DNA of 64,000 bases, taken from the NCBI GenBank assembly GCA_041686735.1, contig JAWLDF010000004.1:69185-133184 (forward strand), given 5' to 3'. This document shows, in pieces, positions 38,253 to 45,627 of this stretch (the stretch's first letter is position 1; every line of letters starts with the position of its first letter). Both the position numbers and the translations under genes were made by a program. The stretch is from Bacilli bacterium (GTDB taxonomy: Bacteria; Bacillota; Bacilli; JACDOE01). The notes beneath the pieces are model-generated. The model did not search any database. It had not been told where the DNA came from and was given only the letters and a program-made list of their open reading frames with translations.

Positions 38253-39275
38253 ATGAAAAACTCTAAAGCGCTTATGATTCTAACAATTTTTATTGTCTTA
38301 TTCGTAATAATAATTGGAGTTGTCTTTTTCGAAAAAAAAGATAATGGAATTATTGAAAAAGAAAATTCGGCAATTTCATTTATTCAAGAAGAAATAGATG
38401 ATATAAAAGCTATTAACATGGATGAAGTTTCTGAAAGATCTGTTAATTTCGATGTAAACATTATCATTTATGATTTTTCCGATGGTAGAATATCATTTGA
38501 AGTAAACGTACTTAATCCAAAAGTACCAATGAATCAAGTAATCGTTTCTGCTTTTTTAAAAGATAAAGTTCTACGCTACATTAATACTCCACATTCTTTG
38601 GTTTCAAATATTATTGCAGTAAAAAAAGCTGATAAGTCTTTAAAAGAAAATTTTAATCTTGTACCAAATGGGGAAATTACAGGTATATCAGCTAGCTCAA
38701 ATATGATATATTTTAAAAATGCAACCTTAAATGATGTCTTAGAGGTTATTCCCTATATTGTGATCAAAGTTTCGTGGCTTGATGATAATAAAATACCAAA
38801 AGTAGAATACGTAAAGTATAAAAGTGATAAATACATCATAAAGAAAAATAACCAGACTGCCATAGAGACCCCTGACCCCGAAATAAATCAAACTGAAACA
38901 GGGTTTGATATTAATACATTTGGACAAAAGCATATTGAACTAGAAAAAAAACTCCTGGATATGCTACGTAATGAATCAGGTCAATCCCAGATATTTTCGG
39001 AAGAAACTGCGGGCATGCTCAATGGGGTTTCTGTTTCAGGAGAGGGGGTAGCAGTTGTTGATTTTACAGATTTCTCAAATGTTATTCCAAATGCGGCAAC
39101 TACAGCAGGGAAAGGTCAATTGTTCAGAGAATTGAATAAAGTGGTTTTTCAGTTCAACGAAATCCATCAGGTATATTATCAATTTGATGGAAGCCACAGT
39201 GATTGGGCCAAGTGGTTGGAAATTGTTGAAGGTTCTGTTACAAGAGAACAATATCAACAAATGGAAAACCGTTAA
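38253..39275 (+). CDS. Membrane-anchored hypothetical protein encoded by a distinctly AT-rich gene; its C-terminal domain is GerMN-like.
   Basis: It has an N-terminal TM anchor, Lys/Asn/Ile-rich composition and a codon usage unlike its neighbours, suggesting acquisition. Confidence 0.4.
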   Translation: MKNSKALMILTIFIVLFVIIIGVVFFEKKDNGIIEKENSAISFIQEEIDDIKAINMDEVSERSVNFDVNIIIYDFSDGRISFEVNVLNPKVPMNQVIVSAFLKDKVLRYINTPHSLVSNIIAVKKADKSLKENFNLVPNGEITGISASSNMIYFKNATLNDVLEVIPYIVIKVSWLDDNKIPKVEYVKYKSDKYIIKKNNQTAIETPDPEINQTETGFDINTFGQKHIELEKKLLDMLRNESGQSQIFSEETAGMLNGVSVSGEGVAVVDFTDFSNVIPNAATTAGKGQLFRELNKVVFQFNEIHQVYYQFDGSHSDWAKWLEIVEGSVTREQYQQMENR

Positions 39276-39310
39276 CTGTGGATTCGTATTGCCGCCGCAA
39301 TCAAATAAAT

Positions 39311-40006
39311 TCAAACCATAAACCTGTAACCGGCGCCCCAGACAGTACCGATATACTGGGGCCTGGACGGGTTTTCTTCAATCTTCTCCCGGATGCGGGC
39401 AATATGTACCATAACGGTTGAAGCATCTCCAAGCGCATCCATTCCCCAGATTCTCTCAAAAAGCTCTTCCTTGCTAAAAACGCGATTGGCATGTTGCATG
39501 AGAAAGAGGAGCAGATCGAATTCCTTATGGGCCATGGTCACCTCGCTTCCGTTGACAAAAACCCGTCTGGAATGGATCTCCACTTCAAGCCCCCTGACCT
39601 GCAGTCTGCTGCCATCACTTCCCCTGCCAAACCGTTCCTTCATTCTTTCAAACTTGTTCAAATGGGCATTGACCCGCGCTACCAGCTCGCCGGAACTAAA
39701 CGGCTTTGTGATATAATCGTCCGCTCCGAGACCGAGTCCTTTAATTTTGTATAGTTCCTCCGCTCTCGCTGAAAGAAGCAGCACCGGAATATCTTCCTTC
39801 TCGCGGATGGCTTTCAAGACTTCAAATCCGTCGATTCCCGGCAGCATGATGTCGAGAATAACCAGATCATACTTTTCCTTCTTAAAGGCTGCAAGTCCGT
39901 CATCCCCATTGTTCACGATTGTAACGGAAAAACCGCTCAGTTCAAGATAATCCTTTTGCAGATTGGCAATACTTTGATCATCCTCGATTATCAGGATCCT
40001 TTTCAT
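39311..40006 (-). CDS. OmpR-family response regulator.
   Basis: MKRILIIEDD... receiver plus a winged helix. RBS GGGAGGT. It overlaps the 3' end of the upstream kinase gene by 29 nt. Confidence 0.85.
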   Translation of the reverse strand: MKRILIIEDDQSIANLQKDYLELSGFSVTIVNNGDDGLAAFKKEKYDLVILDIMLPGIDGFEVLKAIREKEDIPVLLLSARAEELYKIKGLGLGADDYITKPFSSGELVARVNAHLNKFERMKERFGRGSDGSRLQVRGLEVEIHSRRVFVNGSEVTMAHKEFDLLLFLMQHANRVFSKEELFERIWGMDALGDASTVMVHIARIREKIEENPSRPQYIGTVWGAGYRFMV

Positions 40007-41459
40007 CGTAACCTCCCGAAACACTTTCAATCTTTTTTAGCGATATCATGATGCGCGTTCCTTCCCCATCCCTGCTGATCGCCCAGATTTTCCCTTCATG
40101 ATCTTCCACGATTTGTCTGGCAATGGCAAGTCCGAGGCCGCTACCGTCAGCACTCTGCCGTGACGGATCGGCACGATAAAATCTTTCAAAAATATAGGGC
40201 AAATCTCTCTCGGGAATTCCTTTCCCATTATCTCTGATTTCAATGATTGCCGACGTTCTTGTTTCTCTCAGTATTATTTCAACCTGCCCGTCGGCTTTTT
40301 CCATGTACTTTTTCGCATTATCGAGGATATTTTGTATCACCCGTGTTAACCTTTCCCTGTCGATCTGAACATAGACGCTATCCTTTAATTCACTGACAAG
40401 GGAAAGTTTGATGTTCATCTTTTCAAATTCAGGAAGATTTTCAGACACGCAATCCTCAAAGTAGGCTTCTAGGTCCGTTTTCTCAAAATGATAAGGAATT
40501 TGATTCAAATCCAGTCTGGAGTATAAAAGCAGATCATCAATCATGTTGTTGACCAGAATGGCTTTCGACCGTGCCGTCTCCAGGTATTCTTCGATTTTAT
40601 CCGGCGTTCTGGCAACGCCGTCGATAATTCCCTCGATATATCCTTTGATGGATGTCACCGGTGTCTTCAGGTCATGGGAGATGCTCGAAATCAAAAACTT
40701 TCGGTTTTCTTCGGATTTTTGCTGTTGATAAACGGATTCCTTCAGCTTAATGCGCATGAACTCAAGGGTGCGGGACAGCTCCCGGATCTCACCTTCACCT
40801 TCCTCGGCGATTCCGTAATTTAAGTCACCTTCACTGATTTTAACGGCGGCATCCTTTAATCGGGAAACCGGGATCATGATCCCCTTTGAAAATCGATAGG
40901 ACACCCAGGAGTTCATGATCAAGAAAATCACGGTAAAAAAGCTGATCGTAAATATGCCGAGAAACAGATAGAATTTTGATTGAAGTTTAATCGGTGCCAG
41001 TAATAATAACACACCCTCGTCGCCGGAACGGGGGGAATAGTCAGCTCTGGCAAACATATAGGTGTTGCCGTCCAGTTCCAGCGTATCAAAATCATGGGCA
41101 GAATCGGTCAGGATTAAACTTTTATTAAGATCGATCTCTTTAAAATGGGTTGTGGAGTAGATCACTTCTCTGTTGTTTAAAATAAAGGCATGTGCTCCGA
41201 GAGCCTTCACCCTTTCGGACAATTCCTGCTGATAAGCTTCATCCAGCAGTTGTTCGAACTCCAGGGTCTCAGCCGTTCGCTTAATGCTGGCGATCCCTGT
41301 TCGCACTTCAAAAATTTTGCTTAATTGATTCGTGTCCGCTTCCCCATCAAGCAGTCTGGTATAGGTAGCAATAAAGATGATCACAGCCAAGAAAGTGATC
41401 ACGATGGAAACCAGTACGGTCAGCGTATTCATCATAAAAAAACGTTTGGTTAATTGCAT
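39978..41459 (-). CDS. Sensor histidine kinase with an extracytoplasmic sensing domain.
   Basis: Two TM segments flank a ~140-aa loop, then HAMP, H-box ISHDLKTPVTSIKGY and an ATPase domain. Gene order is ABC-ABC-HK-RR. Confidence 0.8.
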   Translation of the reverse strand: MQLTKRFFMMNTLTVLVSIVITFLAVIIFIATYTRLLDGEADTNQLSKIFEVRTGIASIKRTAETLEFEQLLDEAYQQELSERVKALGAHAFILNNREVIYSTTHFKEIDLNKSLILTDSAHDFDTLELDGNTYMFARADYSPRSGDEGVLLLLAPIKLQSKFYLFLGIFTISFFTVIFLIMNSWVSYRFSKGIMIPVSRLKDAAVKISEGDLNYGIAEEGEGEIRELSRTLEFMRIKLKESVYQQQKSEENRKFLISSISHDLKTPVTSIKGYIEGIIDGVARTPDKIEEYLETARSKAILVNNMIDDLLLYSRLDLNQIPYHFEKTDLEAYFEDCVSENLPEFEKMNIKLSLVSELKDSVYVQIDRERLTRVIQNILDNAKKYMEKADGQVEIILRETRTSAIIEIRDNGKGIPERDLPYIFERFYRADPSRQSADGSGLGLAIARQIVEDHEGKIWAISRDGEGTRIMISLKKIESVSGGYDEKDPDNRG

Positions 41460-41484
41460 ACGAATGACCTTCTATCTTTCTTTT

Positions 41485-42237
41485 TTATATCTCTTTACGA
41501 TCAAATAAATAATATCCGGCCGAAAATAACATGATCCCCAGTCCCGACATAATCAGGATTTGCCGTATGATTTTCAAAAAGTTGATCTTCTCGGAAATCC
41601 AGAGTGTGTACCAGTCGAACATGGTGGTAATGAAGAAACTGGAGTAATTTGCAAAAAAGATACTCAGGAAGTTGAACGCGATAAAAATCAAAATTGAAAG
41701 GAAAAAGACGGCCAGACCTCCCTGAATTATATTAGACAGGAACACGACGAGAAGAGCAAATATAAAAACTGGAAGAAAGGTAGCGATATAAGATACGACA
41801 ACCTTTATTATTCCGATCAGTCCTGCTGACGAAGGGTTAAAAATAAGTCCGGCCAGTACAGACAAAATCATGACAAACAGTAAATTTGCCAGAATAAACA
41901 GGGCGATATTTAACACCTTTGCAGTGAATACGCCCAATCGGGAAACCGGTCGTGTCAGCGTCAGTTTCATTGTATTTGTCGAATACTCTCCATTAAACAT
42001 ATCAATCGCCACAAAGGTTACAAACAGGGGCAGGATCGTGTAAGTAAACATGGAGAGAACGACGAGCGGAAACTCGGTACTGCCCACCACCCTTAACCCA
42101 AGACCGTGTTTAATGACAGTGACTGCAACTTGTCCGATCACGACGGCAAGGATAGACAAAATGGCGGCGGCCATGACTTTTTTCTTTTTCATTAACTTCA
42201 CGGTTTCGTTGTTGAATGCTGCTTTAAACCCTGCCAT
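41485..42237 (-). CDS. ABC-2 family permease (6 TM).
   Basis: Its start overlaps the stop of the ATPase gene. RBS GAGGTGGA. Confidence 0.7.
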   Translation of the reverse strand: MAGFKAAFNNETVKLMKKKKVMAAAILSILAVVIGQVAVTVIKHGLGLRVVGSTEFPLVVLSMFTYTILPLFVTFVAIDMFNGEYSTNTMKLTLTRPVSRLGVFTAKVLNIALFILANLLFVMILSVLAGLIFNPSSAGLIGIIKVVVSYIATFLPVFIFALLVVFLSNIIQGGLAVFFLSILIFIAFNFLSIFFANYSSFFITTMFDWYTLWISEKINFLKIIRQILIMSGLGIMLFSAGYYLFDRKEI

Positions 42238-42952
42238 TTCGATCCACCTCACTTACAAAATAATTTTCCAGCGAAGAATAATTAGCAAGGATGTTTTGAA
42301 CATAGTCGACATTGATCAGTTTTCCGCCATATACCACCCCGACGCGGGTGCAAGTAAGTTCGACATCATGGATCAAATGGCTGGAAATAAAGAATGTTGT
42401 ACCCTCTTCCTCTGCAAGGCGTTTAATCAGCTTTCGCATATCCAGCATACCCTCTACGTCGAGTCCGTTTAAAGGCTCGTCTAAAATTAACAGTTTCGGC
42501 CGGGATAAAATCGCGGCCGCGATTCCCAGCCGTTGCTTCATTCCGAGTGAAAACTTTTTCGACTTTTCATGTTTATATTTTGAGAGGCCGGTGATTTCAA
42601 GGACTTCATCGATCCTTTTCTGGTCCACATCGGGATAATATCTGGCATACAGCTTGAGATTTTCATATGCCGTTAAGTAGGGATAGGATTCGGCAGTTTC
42701 GATCATGCAGCCGACATCCTTCATCGCATTCACATAATCTTCCGTGATGCTGGCATTAAAAATTTTAACGTCTCCGCGATCCGGTTTCATCAGTCCCACC
42801 ATCATTTTCATTGCTGTTGTCTTGCCGGCGCCGTTGGGACCTAAAAAACCGAAAATATCACCTTGATCGATTACCAGATTTAAATCGCTGATGCCCCGTC
42901 CATTTTTATAAATTTTAGTGAGATCGGTAATTTCGATTGCTACATTCGCCAA
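42224..42952 (-). CDS. ABC transporter ATP-binding protein (BcrA/lantibiotic-immunity type). The start is probably a TTG 9 nt after GGAGG.
   Basis: Walker A GPNGAGKTT, signature FSLGMKQRL and Walker B LILDEP. Confidence 0.8.
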   Translation of the reverse strand: MANVAIEITDLTKIYKNGRGISDLNLVIDQGDIFGFLGPNGAGKTTAMKMMVGLMKPDRGDVKIFNASITEDYVNAMKDVGCMIETAESYPYLTAYENLKLYARYYPDVDQKRIDEVLEITGLSKYKHEKSKKFSLGMKQRLGIAAAILSRPKLLILDEPLNGLDVEGMLDMRKLIKRLAEEEGTTFFISSHLIHDVELTCTRVGVVYGGKLINVDYVQNILANYSSLENYFVSEVDRNGRV

Positions 42953-43040
42953 TGGTACCATCCTCCAATGATTATGACACGGCTATCCCCCGGGTGGCAC
43001 CCAGGGGTATGGCCGCGTTTAATGACTCATGATCGATTAT

Positions 43041-44309
43041 TTACTCTGCAAAAACACGGTTAAATTCATGGTTGAAATATTCGTGATTAAGGTTGGATCG
43101 ATAGGAATGACTGTCCAGAATCTCCAGATTGAGCTCAAGATAAACTTGCCCCTGACCTGCCGGATGAAGCTGTCCGTTTTCCTGCTCTCCTTTAGAATTT
43201 GTGTAAGTAAAGAAAGAGAAAGGATTTGTGTTATCCGGGGTATATTCAAAGGTAAAATCATAGGGCTCCGGATATTCAGACGCATATTCCGGCTTTACGG
43301 TTTCATAGTATCTGCCGCTTACTTTATCTTTTTCCACACTGATGATTTCAAGGGTTCTTTCCCCGATTTTCACAAACTCGCCGTTCTTTTCAATTACAAT
43401 GTTATTTTTGTATGTGCCGACATGCTTGCTGGTAAATCCGTTTGTATGGTTGACGATTTCAACGTCGGTACCTGACAGATCGGGCATGGCGACTTTTGTT
43501 GTTCCGATGTCGGAAAGTTTAATGACTGCACTCAGTGTGATGTCATGCTGAACACCATTTTTATCGGTTCCGGATAAAATGACTTCACCGGTGACGCTTT
43601 CAAGTAACCCAGCTTCGTTTTCAGCCGCATGACCATAAATCTTTTTGACAAATATATTGCTGTCCATTTGAGGAATATTGGAGTCTCGTTCCATTCTTCT
43701 CTGGTCCTGAATGATCTGTTTCGTAGCAAATGAAGTTACGGCATTGACCAGAGCCGGTACCTGCATTTCGCTAAGACTTCCGGAATAGATTCGTCCCCCA
43801 TCCGGTTTTTCTTCAACCTGCACACTATCTTTCAGATTCCCGACGACGGCGTCAACGATCTTCTCAATTTCAGGCATCTCTTCTTCTTTAAAAGGATCGG
43901 TAAATATCTTTCGTTCACCCGAATTATCGGTAAATTCAGTTACATAATATTTGTTATCCGTTCCGTTTTTCCAGATCGAGCGTTTTTGGTCGGAATAACT
44001 GTAACGTGACTTCATCTCACCATTTGATTGTTGAGTTACTTCAGAACTTTCTGATGTCTGGTTTTCGATATCGTTTTTAATTACACTGGTTGTCTGCATC
44101 AGAATTTGATCGTTATCTTTTAAAGTAATCAAGGATTCGATGGTATAATTGTTTAAATCCTGCTCCATTTGTGATGTCGTTGTTTTTATTGCGGATTTTA
44201 AGCGATCATATCCAGAACCCAGTGTCATGTCGGCAAAAGCTGTTCCTACAAAGATACTTGTTCCGATGGCAAATGAAAGTATGGTCATTGCCTTCTTGTT
44301 GAGTTTCAT
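43041..44309 (-). CDS. Secreted protein of unknown function (422 aa).
   Basis: It has a signal peptide (MKLNKKAMTILSFAIGTSIFVGTAFA). The mature protein is hydrophilic with no recognisable domain. Confidence 0.5.
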   Translation of the reverse strand: MKLNKKAMTILSFAIGTSIFVGTAFADMTLGSGYDRLKSAIKTTTSQMEQDLNNYTIESLITLKDNDQILMQTTSVIKNDIENQTSESSEVTQQSNGEMKSRYSYSDQKRSIWKNGTDNKYYVTEFTDNSGERKIFTDPFKEEEMPEIEKIVDAVVGNLKDSVQVEEKPDGGRIYSGSLSEMQVPALVNAVTSFATKQIIQDQRRMERDSNIPQMDSNIFVKKIYGHAAENEAGLLESVTGEVILSGTDKNGVQHDITLSAVIKLSDIGTTKVAMPDLSGTDVEIVNHTNGFTSKHVGTYKNNIVIEKNGEFVKIGERTLEIISVEKDKVSGRYYETVKPEYASEYPEPYDFTFEYTPDNTNPFSFFTYTNSKGEQENGQLHPAGQGQVYLELNLEILDSHSYRSNLNHEYFNHEFNRVFAE

Positions 44310-44475
44310 TTGATTGCTCCTTTCTAGGATTGTTGAGAAACGTTTCCCTGAAATTGATTATAATCGGGCCTTATTGAATCGATCTAAATAAAATATTAAC
44401 AATATATTAACTCAGGGGTAAAACCCGCTACAAAAGGAAGAAAAATGTAGAAGAGAAGTAGGGAGGTGATATGAT

Positions 44476-44989
44476 ATGAAACGATTAACTATTATTTATA
44501 TTTGTATCATAACTTTGGCTTTGTTTTCCGTCCCAGGTATATCTTTAGCTGAGGTACCGGCTAATGCACGTGAAGCAGCTGAACAGGCCTTGGATAGTTA
44601 TAAACAAGTGTTAAAGGGAACAGAGTTTGATTTTCTAAGTGAAAAAGAATTTCAACAAGCGAAAGTGGGGAACTATATGTTACCTGTCTATAATTTTGAT
44701 ATTACTAAATTGTCCAAAGGGACTGATTCACTTGCAAACAGGTATTGAACAACATCGAGTGTACACAGCTGACCAAATTATCCCAAAGCTCGTTAACATT
44801 GCAGACTATATGATTGAACATTCGAACGAAGATGGTGGAGGAATCGGAAATATTAATAGTGATCATATCTCTACCGGTAATGTTATTCAAAATAGTTTAA
44901 AGCTGAACATTCTATTATCAATAGTTAGTATTCTAGTTTTAGTGATAGCTGTTTATTATTATCGCAAAAAAAGTCTTGAAAAATCTTAA
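44476..44989 (+). pseudogene. Surface/membrane protein gene disrupted by a +1 frameshift; either a pseudogene or a sequencing error.
   Basis: ORF 44476..44748 (signal peptide plus 60 aa) and ORF 44639..44989 (ending in a TM anchor plus KKSLEKS) overlap in different frames. The switch point is near 44720-44750. Confidence 0.3.
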
Positions 44990-45264
44990 TCAATAAGACT
45001 GCTAACGTATACAGTAACCTGATAGTTATTCATTCTAGTGAGTCATAAGAATAAATCAGGGTAAAATTTTATGGTCATTTTTTTACGCTTAAGGGGACAA
45101 CCGGCCGGTTCAGGTCGGATTTTTCCCGTAAGTTCGTCCCGGATCATAAAATTTTACCTTTTTTATTTTACAGAAATCCATATATAGGAAAAAGGGGAAG
45201 TTCGGTTAATAGATTTAGGTACAACTGAATATTCATAAACATGGGAAGAAAGGAGGGAATACAC

Positions 45265-45381
45265 ATGAAAAAATTATTAAAAGGACTTCTTGTTTTGACC
45301 CTGACACTGTCTCTCGGATTAGCTTCTTTCTCTGTTTATGCGGCTGAAGACGATGTCGGACCCTTTACGCACCAAGAATAA
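45265..45381 (+). CDS. Exported 38-aa pre-peptide, a candidate signalling or antimicrobial peptide precursor; not in the ORF track.
   Basis: MKKLLKGLLVLTLTLSLGLASFSVYA|AEDDVGPFTHQE has a signal peptide with an AxA-type cleavage site and a 12-aa acidic mature part. There is a strong RBS AAGGAGGG 8 nt upstream, and a terminator hairpin follows immediately. Confidence 0.45.
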   Translation: MKKLLKGLLVLTLTLSLGLASFSVYAAEDDVGPFTHQE

Positions 45382-45456
45382 ACTGAATATCTACAATTTT
45401 AGCGACAAAATTTTATGACACCAACATCATCCACTGGCGAATATTCCTTCAAACAG

Positions 45457-45494
45457 CCGGGAAACCCATTGGGGTTTCCCGGTTTTTTCTGTGC
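45457..45494. terminator. Bidirectional terminator hairpin; member of a second small repeat family.
   Basis: CCGGGAAACCC-ATT-GGGGTTTCCCGG followed by TTTTTTCTGTGC. A near-copy with compensatory stem changes lies at 50902-50939. Confidence 0.6.
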
Positions 45495-45495
45495 A

Positions 45496-45609
45496 TTAAA
45501 ACCCATGCAATTCTTTGAAAAAGTTAAATAAATCAAAAATTGCATTAACAACGGCGAGGGAAATAATCGCAATAAGAATAACTGCAGCAAAAATAATCAT
45601 CTTTTTCAT
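45496..45609 (-). CDS. Single-TM 37-aa hydrophobic peptide, co-transcribed downstream of the MacB-type ABC permease; not in the ORF track.
   Basis: MKKMIIFAAVILIAIISLAVVNAIFDLFNFFKELHGF. RBS GGAAGGAGA lies 7 nt upstream and begins 2 nt after the permease stop codon. Confidence 0.45.
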   Translation of the reverse strand: MKKMIIFAAVILIAIISLAVVNAIFDLFNFFKELHGF

Positions 45610-45627
45610 TAAAAATCTCCTTCCTTT

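Noticed and set aside
42990-43012. GC-rich palindrome CCCCCGGGTGGCACCCAGGGG, considered as a mobile-element end or a regulatory site.
   Set aside because: It is a single copy, and lies immediately downstream of the stop of the minus-strand gene without a U-tract. It is most simply a weak or rho-assisted terminator hairpin, with no evidence for anything more.
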